A stretch of DNA of 64,000 bases from Burkholderiaceae bacterium. Its GTDB lineage: Bacteria; Pseudomonadota; Gammaproteobacteria; Burkholderiales; Burkholderiaceae_F. The notes under the pieces were generated by a model. The model saw only the letters and a program-made list of their open reading frames with translations, was not told where the DNA came from and searched no databases. The stretch is from the NCBI GenBank assembly GCA_035511515.1, contig DATKFG010000077.1, positions 1,834 through 65,833 of the forward strand, in the 5' to 3' direction. Within the stretch, counting starts at the first letter, position 1. Every line of letters starts with the position of its first letter. Position numbers and translations under genes: made by a program. This document shows, in pieces, positions 37,258-46,642 of this stretch.

Positions 37258-37542
37258 TCAGGACGGGTCGTCGACCAGGGCGCGCCCCGCTTTCGTAGCC
37301 AGGAACCACGCCGACAGAGACAGGTCGGACGGTGCGATGGGCCGGTAAGAGTTCGACTTTTGATCCAGTTCGAATGCCTGCACCAGGCCGCTCGCCACCA
37401 GCCGCGCCAGCGCAGCGCAAACCGACTCGTTTGAAACCGAGCTTCCGAATTCGAGGGCGATGCCCCCGGCGAGGGTCTTGGGCGTCTCGAAATCGTCCAA
37501 GAGCCATCCCAGCACTTCGGCTTCCAGCGGATCGAGGTTCAT
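37258..37542 (-). CDS. small hypothetical protein
   Basis: 94 aa from MNLDPLEAEVLGWLLDDFE (ATG 37542), 4 nt below the pyrC stop. Only the C-terminal part of the 217-aa track ORF looks protein-like. Confidence 0.45.
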   Translation of the reverse strand: MNLDPLEAEVLGWLLDDFETPKTLAGGIALEFGSSVSNESVCAALARLVASGLVQAFELDQKSNSYRPIAPSDLSLSAWFLATKAGRALVDDPS

Positions 37543-37546
37543 GCGA

Positions 37547-38596
37547 TCAGATCGCGAGCTTCCACTGAAACGTCTCGCCCGCCCCGAGCGGAACCACCCG
37601 CTCGGCCCCAAATGCCAGATCGGCAGGCGCCTGCCAGGGCTCGCGCCGCAGGGTGATTGTCTCGCGATTGCGCGGCAGGCGGTAGAAATCGGCGCCGTGA
37701 AAGCTCGCGAACGCCTCGAGGCGGTCCAGGGCGCCGGCCTGCTCGAAACAGTCGGCGTACATCGGCAGCGCCACGGGCGCCGTGAAGCAGCCCGCGCATC
37801 CGCACGCCGATTCCTTGTCACGCACCGCGTGCGGCGCGCTGTCGGTTCCCAGGAAGAACTTCGCACTGCCGCCGGTGGCTGCCCGCAGCAACGCCTGCCG
37901 ATGCATCTCACGCTTCAGTACCGGCAGGCAGTACAGGTGGGGCCGGATCCCGTTGCGGCCGTCCGGACCGACAAACAGCGCGTTGCGGCTGTAGCGCAGG
38001 TGGTGGGCGGTGATCGTCGCTGCGATCCGATCGCCGCCCTCCTGCACACACTGCACCGCCTCGCACGTGGTGATGTGCTCGAACACGATGCGCAGCGACG
38101 GAAAGCGGCGGCGCAGCGGCAGCAGCACCGAATCGATGAACGCGCGCTCGCGGTCGAACACGTCGGCCGCCGGGTCGGTCGACTCGCCGTGCACGAGCAG
38201 CGGAAGGTCCAGCGCCTGCATGGCCTCCAGCGCCGGCGCACATCGAACCGGATCGGTCACCCCGCTTTCCGAATGCGTGGTCGCGCCGGACGGATACAGC
38301 TTGACCGCGTGCACCAGACCCGAAGCGTGCGCGCGCCGGACCTCGGCGGCGGGCGTCGCGTCCGTCAGATACAGCGTCATCAGCGGCTCGAAGCGGTGCC
38401 CGGTCGGCAGCGCCGCCAGGATGCGCTCACGGTACGCAAGCGCCTGCTCGGTGCGCGTCACCGGCGGGCGCAAATTGGGCATCACGATGGCGCGGGCGAA
38501 CACTCCCGAGGTGTGCATCAGCGCGTCCTTCAGCACCGGGCCGTCTCGCAGGTGCAGGTGCCAGTCGTCGGGACGCGTGATGGCCAGCGTCTGCAT
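37547..38596 (-). CDS. pyrC: dihydroorotase (homodimeric type)
   Basis: 349 aa from MQTLAITRPDDWHLHLRDG. KLYPSGATTHS, FLGTDSAPH. Confidence 0.95.
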   Translation of the reverse strand: MQTLAITRPDDWHLHLRDGPVLKDALMHTSGVFARAIVMPNLRPPVTRTEQALAYRERILAALPTGHRFEPLMTLYLTDATPAAEVRRAHASGLVHAVKLYPSGATTHSESGVTDPVRCAPALEAMQALDLPLLVHGESTDPAADVFDRERAFIDSVLLPLRRRFPSLRIVFEHITTCEAVQCVQEGGDRIAATITAHHLRYSRNALFVGPDGRNGIRPHLYCLPVLKREMHRQALLRAATGGSAKFFLGTDSAPHAVRDKESACGCAGCFTAPVALPMYADCFEQAGALDRLEAFASFHGADFYRLPRNRETITLRREPWQAPADLAFGAERVVPLGAGETFQWKLAI

Positions 38597-38604
38597 CGGC
38601 GCCG

Positions 38605-40050
38605 TCACGCCTTGGGCGTGCGCCGGATCTTGGTCGGGCGCGTCAGGACCTCCGGCTGAAGGATCTCGCGCAGCTGTGCGGCCGAGATCAGGCCCCGTTC
38701 GAGCACGAGCTCGGCCACAGGGCGCCCGAACTTGATCGCATCCTTGGCCACCTCGGATGCCGCCTCGTACCCGATATACGGATTGAGCGCGGTGGCCAGG
38801 CCGGCCGACAGGTTCACTCTCTTTTCCAGCAGTTCGACGTTGGCGCGGATGCCGTCCACGCAGTTGTGGGCCAGCGTGCCACAGGCGGCCTGCAGGTGCG
38901 TGATCGACTTGAACAACGAGTAGGCCATGATCGGCTCGAAAGCGTTCAGCTGCAGCTGCCCGGCCTCGGAGGCCATCGTCACCGTGATGTCGTTGCCGAT
39001 CACCTCGAACGCGACCTGATTCACGACCTCGGGAATGATCGGGTTGACCTTGCCCGGCATGATCGAAGAGCCGGCGGCGCGGGGCGGCAGCATGATCTCG
39101 CTCAACCCGGCCTGGGGGCCGGAGGAGAGCAGCCGCAGGTCGTTGCAGGTCTTGGACAGCTTGCACGCGATCCGCTTGAGCACGCCGGACAGCTGAACGA
39201 AGGCGCCCGTGTCCTGCGTGGCCTCGATGAAATTGGCGGCCGGCTTGATCGGCACGCCCGAAAACTGCGCCAGGTAGCGGCAGGCGAGCGGAGCGTAGTC
39301 CGGATCGGTGTTGATGCCGGTGCCGATCGCCGTGGCGCCCAGGTTCACCTCGGTGATCAGCGCCATCGCCTCGCGCAAGCGCTCCTCGTCCTCACCGAGC
39401 ATGATCGCGTACGTCGTGAATTCCTGCCCCAGCGTCATCGGCACCGCGTCCTGCAGCTGGGTGCGGCCGATCTTCAGGATCTCGCGGAACTCGAACGCCT
39501 TCTTCTCGAAGGAGCCGCGCAGATCGGCCATCGCAGCGAGCAGCCGCCCGATCGCGAAGCACAGGCCCACCTTGACCGCGGTCGGATACGTATCGTTGGT
39601 GCTCTGCGAGGCGTTGACATCGTCGATCGGATGCAGCACCTTGTACTCGCCGCGCCCATGGCCCATCAGCTCCAGCCCGCGGTTGGCGATCACCTCGTTG
39701 AAGTTCATGTTGGTCGAGGTGCCCGCCCCGCCCTGGATCACGTCGACCACGAACTGGTCATGCAACTGGCCGGACTCGATCTCCTCGCAGGCCCGCACGA
39801 TCGCGTCCGCCTTGACGGGCTCGATCAGTTTCAGATCGCGGTTCGCGCTGGCCGCCGCCCGCTTGACGATCGCGAACGCACGGATCAGATCGGTCACCAC
39901 GCCGATCGGCACCGACGAGATCGGGAAATTCTCCAGCGCCCGCATCGTATGGATGCCGTAGTACGCCTGCGCCGGAACGGCCATCTCCCCGAGGGAGTCG
40001 CGTTCCACGCGGACCTCGCCTGCTTGCTGGCCGATTTTCGTGCGCGTCAT
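38605..40050 (-). CDS. aspA: aspartate ammonia-lyase
   Basis: 481 aa. GGAGTSTNMNFNEVIAN, SQSTNDTYPTA, GSSIMPGKVNP. The N-terminal region is aspartase-like rather than fumarase-like. Confidence 0.9.
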   Translation of the reverse strand: MTRTKIGQQAGEVRVERDSLGEMAVPAQAYYGIHTMRALENFPISSVPIGVVTDLIRAFAIVKRAAASANRDLKLIEPVKADAIVRACEEIESGQLHDQFVVDVIQGGAGTSTNMNFNEVIANRGLELMGHGRGEYKVLHPIDDVNASQSTNDTYPTAVKVGLCFAIGRLLAAMADLRGSFEKKAFEFREILKIGRTQLQDAVPMTLGQEFTTYAIMLGEDEERLREAMALITEVNLGATAIGTGINTDPDYAPLACRYLAQFSGVPIKPAANFIEATQDTGAFVQLSGVLKRIACKLSKTCNDLRLLSSGPQAGLSEIMLPPRAAGSSIMPGKVNPIIPEVVNQVAFEVIGNDITVTMASEAGQLQLNAFEPIMAYSLFKSITHLQAACGTLAHNCVDGIRANVELLEKRVNLSAGLATALNPYIGYEAASEVAKDAIKFGRPVAELVLERGLISAAQLREILQPEVLTRPTKIRRTPKA

Positions 40051-40080
40051 CGTGTCTCTCCTGTCACCGTCATCTCCGCC

Positions 40081-40206
40081 CCTGTCCCGCTGGCGCGGGG
40101 GCTGGACCTTCTGTCTCCACCCTCACCCTCTCCCGCTGGCGCGGGGCTGGACCTTCTGTCTCCACCCTCACCCCCGCCCCTCTCCCGCTGGCGCGGGAGA
40201 GGGGAG
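40081..40206. repeat. REP-like element array (copy B): two degenerate units plus one intact palindrome in tandem
   Basis: TCCCGCTGGCGCGGGG(G)CTGGACCTTCTGTCTCCACCCTCACCC is repeated with periods of 46 and 52 nt. It ends in CCCCTCTCCCGC-TGGC-GCGGGAGAGGGG. Confidence 0.8.
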
Positions 40207-40214
40207 ATTCGTGC

Positions 40215-40239
40215 GGGGAATGGCCCATGGCCATTCCCC
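40215..40239 (-). terminator. GC-rich hairpin 17 nt downstream of the ABC transporter stop (possible terminator, no U-tract)
   Basis: GGGGAATGGCC-CAT-GGCCATTCCCC, an 11-bp perfect stem. Confidence 0.3.
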
Positions 40240-40255
40240 GAAGGATCGGATGGGA

Positions 40256-42142
40256 TCAGATGGTTGCCGGGTCCCGTTCGTCTTCGCGCTGTTGCAACGC
40301 CCACATCCGCGCGTACAGGCCCTGGCGCGCCAGCAACTGGTCGTGGGTGCCGCGCTCGACGATCCGGCCCCGGTCCATCACGACGATCTGGGCCGCATCG
40401 ACGATGGTCGACAGGCGGTGCGCGACTACGAGCGTGGTGCGATTGGCCGCGACCTCTGCCAGCTCGGACTGGATCACGCGTTCGGTGCGCGAATCCAGCG
40501 CGGAGGTGGCCTCGTCCAGCACCAGGATCGGCGGGTTCTTCAACAGCGTGCGCGCGATCGCGACCCGCTGCTTTTCGCCGCCCGACAGCTTCAGGCCCCG
40601 CTCGCCCACCAGGGTCCGGTAGCCGTCCGGCAGCGACTCGATGAACTCGTGGATGTGCGCCATGCGCGCGGCGGCGACGATTTCGGCGCGGCCGGCGCCG
40701 GGCCGGCCATACCCGATGTTGTATTCGATCGTGTCGTTGAACAGCACCGTGTCCTGCGGAACGATCCCGATCGCCGCCCGCAGCGACTTCTGCGTGACAT
40801 CGCTCACGTCCTGTCCGTCGATCAGCACGCGCCCGGACTGCACCTCGTAAAAGCGGAACAGCAGCCGGCCCAGCGTGGACTTGCCCGAGCCGGTCGCTCC
40901 GACCACCGCGCACGTGGTGCCGGCAGCGATCGTCAGGTCGACATCGAACAACACCTGGCGGCGGGCGTCGTAGCTGAAGTTCACGTGCTCGAACCGAACT
41001 CCCGGGCTGGCCCCGTCCGGCGGCAGTGCCAGCGGGGCCGCATCCGGCCGGTCGGCAACCTCGCGCTGCTCCTGCAGCAGCCGGAACATGCGCTCGACAT
41101 CGGCCAGCGCCTGGCGCAGCTCGCGGTAGATCACGCCCAGGAAGTTCAGCGGCACGTACATCTGCAGCATGAACGCATTGACCAGCACCAGGTCGCCGAT
41201 GGACATCCGTCCGGCCGCGACGCCGGCGGCCGCGCGCCACAGCATCAGGGTCAGTCCGGCCGCGATGATCACCTGCTGACCGCTGTTCAGCACGTTCAGC
41301 GACTGCTGAGCCAGGATGCCGACGCGCTCCTGCTGCGCCAGCGTCGCGTCGTAGCGTTGCGCTTCGTAGTCCTCGTTGTTGAAGTATTTGACCGTCTCGA
41401 AATTCAGCAGCGAATCGACCGCGCGCGACGAGGCCTTGGCATCCAGCTCGTTGACCTGGCGCCGGAACTTGGTGCGCCAGTTGGTCACCACCAGCGTGTA
41501 CGTGATGTACAGCCCGAGGCTGACCGCGACGATCAGCGCGAACGATGGTTCGTAGTGCGACAGCAGATAGCCGAACACCAGGCCGATCTCGACCAGGGTC
41601 GGCACGATCGAGTACAGCGTGAAGCTGACCAGCGAGGAAATGCCGCGGATGCCGTGGTCGATCTCGCGCGTGACCGCGCCAGTGCGCCGCTCCAGGTGAT
41701 ACCGCAGCGACAGCGAATGCAGGTGCCTGAACGTTTTCAGCGCGAGCGCGCGCACGGCCGACTGCGTCACTCGCGCGAAGAAGAACTCGCGCAGCTCGGT
41801 GAACACCGATGTGGCCAGCCGCAGCGCTCCGTAGGCAACGATCAGTGCGATCGGGATCGCCGCCGGCGCCGCATCGCGCGGCACCGACAGGCTGTCGACG
41901 ATGTGCTTCAGCAGTACCGGCACGCCCACCACGGCCACCTTGGCCCCGATCAGGCACAGCACCGCGAAGACCGCGCGAGTCCGGTAGGCCCACAGGTAGG
42001 GCAGCAGCATCCGCACCGTGTGCCACTGGCTGCGCCCGGGCTCGGGCGGAACGTGCGGCGTGCGGCCGGGCGGCGGCCTCACGCCTCTCACCTGCTGCTC
42101 CTCATGGTCGAATGCCTTCCAAATTGCCTGCGCCTGCGGCAT
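40256..42142 (-). CDS. ABC transporter, fused permease/ATPase (ABCB, Atm1/HMT1-like exporter)
   Basis: TMD with LLPYLWAYR. NBD Walker A GATGSGKSTL, signature LSGGEKQRVAIAR, Walker B ILVLDEATSALD. Start set at MPQAQ (42142); Met at 42010 is an alternative. Confidence 0.9.
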   Translation of the reverse strand: MPQAQAIWKAFDHEEQQVRGVRPPPGRTPHVPPEPGRSQWHTVRMLLPYLWAYRTRAVFAVLCLIGAKVAVVGVPVLLKHIVDSLSVPRDAAPAAIPIALIVAYGALRLATSVFTELREFFFARVTQSAVRALALKTFRHLHSLSLRYHLERRTGAVTREIDHGIRGISSLVSFTLYSIVPTLVEIGLVFGYLLSHYEPSFALIVAVSLGLYITYTLVVTNWRTKFRRQVNELDAKASSRAVDSLLNFETVKYFNNEDYEAQRYDATLAQQERVGILAQQSLNVLNSGQQVIIAAGLTLMLWRAAAGVAAGRMSIGDLVLVNAFMLQMYVPLNFLGVIYRELRQALADVERMFRLLQEQREVADRPDAAPLALPPDGASPGVRFEHVNFSYDARRQVLFDVDLTIAAGTTCAVVGATGSGKSTLGRLLFRFYEVQSGRVLIDGQDVSDVTQKSLRAAIGIVPQDTVLFNDTIEYNIGYGRPGAGRAEIVAAARMAHIHEFIESLPDGYRTLVGERGLKLSGGEKQRVAIARTLLKNPPILVLDEATSALDSRTERVIQSELAEVAANRTTLVVAHRLSTIVDAAQIVVMDRGRIVERGTHDQLLARQGLYARMWALQQREDERDPATI

Positions 42143-42187
42143 TATCGCGCGGGTTCCTTCGAGCGCGCGACCCTGACGCTGATCGAG

Positions 42188-42586
42188 ATGACCGACCGCG
42201 TTTCCCTGCCGGACGAGGAGCCGATCCTTCGCGTGGTTCCGATGCCCGCCGATGCGAATATGCACGGCGACGTGTTTGGCGGCTGGATCATGTCCCAGGT
42301 CGACATCGCCGGCGGGATCCTGGCCGCCCGGCGCGCCAACGGGCGGGTGGCCACGGTCGCGGTCACCAGCTTCGTGTTCAAGCAGCCCGTGTTCGTCGGC
42401 GACCTGCTGTCATTCTACGGAACCATCGTGCGCACCGGGCGCACCTCGATCACGGTCGACGTCAGCGTGTACACGGAACGCAGCCGGCTGAAGGTCGAGA
42501 CCGCCAAGGTGACGGAGGCCACGCTGGTCTACGTTGCCACCGACGAGCAGCGCCAGCCACGCATGCTGCCGCCGCTGGAAGACTGA
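42188..42586 (+). CDS. acyl-CoA thioesterase (hotdog fold, YciA-like)
   Basis: 132 aa from MTDRVSLPDEEPILRVVPMPADANMHGDVFGGWIMSQVD. This is only the C-terminal part of the 848-aa track ORF. Confidence 0.85.
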   Translation: MTDRVSLPDEEPILRVVPMPADANMHGDVFGGWIMSQVDIAGGILAARRANGRVATVAVTSFVFKQPVFVGDLLSFYGTIVRTGRTSITVDVSVYTERSRLKVETAKVTEATLVYVATDEQRQPRMLPPLED

Positions 42587-42589
42587 CTT

Positions 42590-42719
42590 CACCCTCACCC
42601 CCTCCCCTCTCCCGCTTCGCGGGCGAGGGGCGATACAGCGTGCCGCTGGGAGCACCACGAACCTGCTGCGATCGGTCGCCCCTCGCCCGCGCAGCGGGAG
42701 AGGGGAGGGGGTGAGGGCG
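42590..42719. repeat. REP/MITE-like element (copy C), full length: two ~45-bp inverted arms around a ~36-bp core
   Basis: Left arm CACCCTCACCCCCTCCCCTCTCCCGCTTCGCGGGCGAGGGGCGAT (42590-42634). Right arm ATCGGTCGCCCCTCGCCCGCGCAGCGGGAGAGGGGAGGGGGTGAGGGC (42671-42718) is its near reverse complement. Lies between two convergent genes. Confidence 0.85.
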
Positions 42720-42721
42720 GT

Positions 42722-43510
42722 TCAATCGAACGGATACGGCCCGTCGTAGTGGCCGGTGTACGCGGTATGGGTCACCAACGTCTGCCCGGTCCACAGGTGC
42801 AGCTGGAAAGCGGACGGTTCCATCACGAAACGGGCGGGGCTTGCCGTCTTCAGATCGAGCAACACCTGGTGCGCCGTACTCGGGCAGACGCTCGCCAACG
42901 TTCCGGCGAAGAGGGCCTGGATCGGCCGGTGCAGGTGACCGCAGATGATGCGCTGCACCCGGGGAAAGCGCCGCACGATCCGCTCGAGCGCCGATGGCTC
43001 GCGCAGTGCCATCTCGTCCATGTGGCCGATTCCGGTTGAAAACGGCGGGTGGTGCAGCGCGATCACGGTGGGCGCATCCGACTGGGCCAGCCGCTGCTCC
43101 AGCCATCGCAGGCGCTGCGCGCACAGCGTGCCTTCCGGCTGACCGGCGATCACGCTGTCGAGCGCCAGCACCCGGACCGGGTAGCCGGCGATCGCGTACT
43201 GCAGGAAGCCATCGCCCGGCAGGTAATCGTGATCCGGGAAAGCGGCGCGCAGCGCGGCGCGCTCGTCATGATTGCCGGCCATCAGGTAGATCGGCGTCGG
43301 CAGCCCGCTCAGGATCTCGCGCAAGAGCCCGTAGGAGGCTGCGTCGGGCTCGTCGACCAGGTCGCCGGTGGCGATGACCAGGTCCGGCAACGGGTCCAGG
43401 CGCGCGATGCGCTGCACACAACGCTCCAGGCAGGCCGCCGTGTCGACCACGCCGTAGGCCAGTGCGCGCTCGGCCTTCACGTGCAGATCGCTGATCTGGC
43501 AAAGCAGCAT
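42722..43510 (-). CDS. metallophosphoesterase, CpdA/GpdQ-like phosphodiesterase
   Basis: 262 aa. ISDLHV, ATGDLVD, GNHD, ALHHPP, CGHLH motifs. Confidence 0.85.
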   Translation of the reverse strand: MLLCQISDLHVKAERALAYGVVDTAACLERCVQRIARLDPLPDLVIATGDLVDEPDAASYGLLREILSGLPTPIYLMAGNHDERAALRAAFPDHDYLPGDGFLQYAIAGYPVRVLALDSVIAGQPEGTLCAQRLRWLEQRLAQSDAPTVIALHHPPFSTGIGHMDEMALREPSALERIVRRFPRVQRIICGHLHRPIQALFAGTLASVCPSTAHQVLLDLKTASPARFVMEPSAFQLHLWTGQTLVTHTAYTGHYDGPYPFD

Positions 43511-43630
43511 GACGTATCACTCCGGATGCCAGCACCATGTGCTTGCCGGCTGTCGCGCTGCGGTCCATAGTAGCGCTGCCGATGGCGCGCGTCGGCGCGG
43601 CATCCAGAAGAACAAGAGGAGGAGGTTCAC

Positions 43631-45253
43631 ATGTTCACGCAAATTCTCGATCCCACCGGGAATATGTTCGTCACCTGGCTGGTCGCGCTGATTCCCGTGG
43701 CAGCGCTGCTGTTCATGCTGGCCGGACTGCGCTGGTCGGCGTGGGTGGCAACCCTGGTCGGTTCCCTGATCACGCTGGCCCTGGGACTGTCGGTCTGGAA
43801 GATGCCGCTCGATCAGGGCATTCTCGCCTATGCCTACGGCTCGGCGACCGGCGTATGGAACGTCGACTGGATCACGTTCTGGGGCGTGATGCTGTTCAAC
43901 ACGCTGGTCGTCACCGGCACGTTCGACAAGCTCAGGCGTTGGCTGATCGCGCAAGGCACGCAGGACATCCGGATTCAAACGATCCTGTTCGCCTGGGCGT
44001 TCGGCGCGCTGCTGGAGGGCCTCGTGGGGTTCGGCTATCCGTGGGCGTTCGTCGCACCGATACTGATCGCACTGGGAATCCCGGATCTTGACGCCATCCG
44101 CGTCGCGGCCATCGCCAACAACGCGCCGGTGTCGTACGGCGCACTCGGCGCTCCCATCATCGCGCTTGCCGCGGTCACGGGATACAACCTGCTCGATCTG
44201 TCGGGCTCCATCAGCAAGATCGTCGCCATTCTTGCGCTGTTGCCGCCGTGGATCCTGCTGTATCTGGTCTCGGGCCGGCAAGGGATGTGGGGGGCCTGGC
44301 CCCTGGCGGTCGTCGGGTCACTGGGCTACATCGCGGGCCAGTTGCCGGTGGGTGTGTTTCTCGGCCCCTACCTGCCGGATGTCGCCGGTTCGATCGTCTG
44401 TTTCATTTGCGTCCTGTTGCTGCTGAAGGTGTGGCGGCCGGCACAGGTCCTCGCCTACGGCGGCAAGCCGGTCACCGCCGCCGCGGTGGGAGGGACGGAA
44501 CACGGGCTGTCCGGCGGCGATATGGTGCAAGCCTGGCTGCCGATCGGGGTTCTGGTGGCCGTGGTCGTTGCATGGACCGGCCCATGGTCCAAGCTGCCGG
44601 CCATCGTGCTGATGCAGTTGCAGGTGACGGCAGCCTCCTCGATCAGCGAGGGCGCAAAGATCTCGGCAGCCTTCAAATGGACACCGTTCGTTGGCGGCTC
44701 GGCGATCCTGGCCTCGTGGATCATCGTCGCGCTGCTGCTGCGCATCAGTCGCAAACAGCTGGTCGACATCTTCACCAAGACCTGGTCGCAGATGTGGGGC
44801 GCGATGCTGGTCGGCGTGTTTATCTTCGGCCTGGCCTACGTCTACAACTTCTCGGGGATGGCCGCGTCCCTGGCAAAGGCGTTCTCCACGTTGGGCACCG
44901 CCTTCATCGTCGTTGCGCCGATCCTGGGCTTCATCGGCGTGGCGCTCTCTGGCAGCAATACCTCGACCAACGCGATGTTCGGCAAGTTCCAGGCGCTGGT
45001 GGGCCAGATCCTCGGCTTTCCGCCGCTGCTGCTGCCCACGGTGAACTCGGTCGGAGCCGAAATCGGCAAGCCGATCGCGCCGCAGACCGCCAGCGTGGGT
45101 GTCTCGACCACCCGCTTCGTGCGCAACGAAGGCCAGGTGATCCGCCACAATTTCGGCTGGTGCCTCGCGCTTCTGGGCTACCTGATCATCATCAGCGTCG
45201 CCTGCTACCTGTTCTTCCCCGGGATCGCGATGCCGTCGGTCGCGGCCAAGTAG
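43631..45253 (+). CDS. lctP: L-lactate permease family transporter
   Basis: 540 aa. FAWAFGALLEGLVGFGYPWAFVAPILIALG. Strong GAGGAGGAGG RBS. Confidence 0.9.
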   Translation: MFTQILDPTGNMFVTWLVALIPVAALLFMLAGLRWSAWVATLVGSLITLALGLSVWKMPLDQGILAYAYGSATGVWNVDWITFWGVMLFNTLVVTGTFDKLRRWLIAQGTQDIRIQTILFAWAFGALLEGLVGFGYPWAFVAPILIALGIPDLDAIRVAAIANNAPVSYGALGAPIIALAAVTGYNLLDLSGSISKIVAILALLPPWILLYLVSGRQGMWGAWPLAVVGSLGYIAGQLPVGVFLGPYLPDVAGSIVCFICVLLLLKVWRPAQVLAYGGKPVTAAAVGGTEHGLSGGDMVQAWLPIGVLVAVVVAWTGPWSKLPAIVLMQLQVTAASSISEGAKISAAFKWTPFVGGSAILASWIIVALLLRISRKQLVDIFTKTWSQMWGAMLVGVFIFGLAYVYNFSGMAASLAKAFSTLGTAFIVVAPILGFIGVALSGSNTSTNAMFGKFQALVGQILGFPPLLLPTVNSVGAEIGKPIAPQTASVGVSTTRFVRNEGQVIRHNFGWCLALLGYLIIISVACYLFFPGIAMPSVAAK

Positions 45254-45263
45254 ACCGCGGCGG

Positions 45264-45338
45264 CCCTCACCGCCTCCCCTCTCCCGCTGACGCGGGCGAG
45301 GGGCGATTTGCCGTGCCCGTGGAGGGGAGGGGGTGAGG
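45264..45338. repeat. REP-like element (copy D, truncated right arm)
   Basis: CCCTCACCGCCTCCCCTCTCCCGCTGACGCGGGCGAGGGGCGAT...GGAGGGGAGGGGGTGAGG. Lies between convergent lctP and the amidase gene. Confidence 0.8.
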
Positions 45339-45355
45339 ACCGGCGCGATCAGTGG

Positions 45356-46642
45356 CTAGCGCCCCCAGCACCGCTCCAGCCACGCGGCGGCCGCCAGCAG
45401 CCGCGCATCCTGACCGGGCCGGGCGATCACGCTGACCCCGATCGGCAGGCCGTGCGCGCCGCGGCCGAACGGCAAGCCGATCACCGGACAGCCGAGCAGC
45501 TGCCAGGGCCGATTGAACAGCGGATCGCCAGTGGTGGCCAGCGACGCGGGCGCCTCGCCCACTGCGCTCGGGGCGATGATGACGTCGGCGGCGCCGAACA
45601 GCGAGTCCAGTGAAGCGGCGCAGGAACGCGCGCTGAGCAGCGCGTCGGCATATTGATCCTGCGTAAAGCGCCGCCCCTGCTCGATCGCCTCGATCAGCTG
45701 CGCCGACAGCAGGGACCTGCGATACGCGTACTCGGGTGCCAGCGCGCGCGCGGTTTCGGCCAGCTGGATCGTCAGGTGAGCATCGAACAGCCGGTCAAAT
45801 GACGGCGGCCACGTCAGCGGCCGGCCACGCGCGCCGGCCTGGCATGCCTGCTCGGCGGCCTGCTCGACGGCCTGTCGCATCGCCGGTTCGAGCCGCTCGC
45901 CGCGCGAAGTCAGCGTCCAGGCGATATCCGGCGCCGGTCCGGTCCGCCCCGGTACCGCCGGCGCCGCCCACTCGGGCTGCAGCGTCAGTACCGATGCGAG
46001 CAACGCAGCGTCGTCGACCGACGACGAAAACAAGCCGACCTCATCGAGCGTGTCCGAAGTGACCTTTACGCCCGAACGCGGCACCTGCCGCACGGACGGC
46101 TTGTACCCGACCACGCCGCAAAACGACGCCGGCCGGATCACCGAGCCGGCCGTCTGGGTTCCCAGCGCCAGCGGTGCCATGCCGGCCGCCACTGCGGCGG
46201 CTGACCCGCTGGACGATCCGCCCGGCGTGTGCCCGGGCGCGTGCGGATTGCGGGTCGGACCCGGCGTGAAGGTCGCAAGCTCCGCTGTGACGGTCTTGCC
46301 GAGCACGACCGCGCCGGCCCGGCGCAGCAGGGCCACGCAGGCCGCGTCCAGCGCCGGCCGGTGCCCGCGGTAGATCGACGAGCCGTAGCAGGTCTCGTAC
46401 TGCGCCGTATCGATGATGTCCTTGACCGCAATCGGTACGCCGGCCAGTGGCCCCTTGGCCGGCGCGCGGTCCACGGCCCGCGCCGACTGGATCGCCACCG
46501 CCGCATCGAACGCCGCAAATGCCTGAAGGGCGCCGTCACCTGCCGCGACGGCCTCCACGTAGCGGCGCACCACCTGCTCGGCCGAGGCCTGCCCCGAGGC
46601 GACCTGCCGGGCCAGCTCCCGCGCGCTGCTAGGCGGCACCAA
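45356..46642 (-). CDS. amidase (amidase-signature family)
   Basis: 428 aa. GGSSSGSAAAVAAGMAPLALGTQTAGSVIRPASFCG. Confidence 0.9.
   Translation of the reverse strand: MVPPSSARELARQVASGQASAEQVVRRYVEAVAAGDGALQAFAAFDAAVAIQSARAVDRAPAKGPLAGVPIAVKDIIDTAQYETCYGSSIYRGHRPALDAACVALLRRAGAVVLGKTVTAELATFTPGPTRNPHAPGHTPGGSSSGSAAAVAAGMAPLALGTQTAGSVIRPASFCGVVGYKPSVRQVPRSGVKVTSDTLDEVGLFSSSVDDAALLASVLTLQPEWAAPAVPGRTGPAPDIAWTLTSRGERLEPAMRQAVEQAAEQACQAGARGRPLTWPPSFDRLFDAHLTIQLAETARALAPEYAYRRSLLSAQLIEAIEQGRRFTQDQYADALLSARSCAASLDSLFGAADVIIAPSAVGEAPASLATTGDPLFNRPWQLLGCPVIGLPFGRGAHGLPIGVSVIARPGQDARLLAAAAWLERCWGR

Noticed and set aside
40081-40206. Whether the tandem repeats could be a small CRISPR array.
   Set aside because: The units are adjoining copies of the dispersed REP family with no unique spacers between them. 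No cas genes are nearby.
40040-42586. An 848-aa plus-strand ORF.
   Set aside because: Only the last 132 aa (from ATG 42188) form a credible hotdog-fold thioesterase. The rest runs through REP repeats (SPPLSRWRG peptides) and lies antisense to the ABC exporter.
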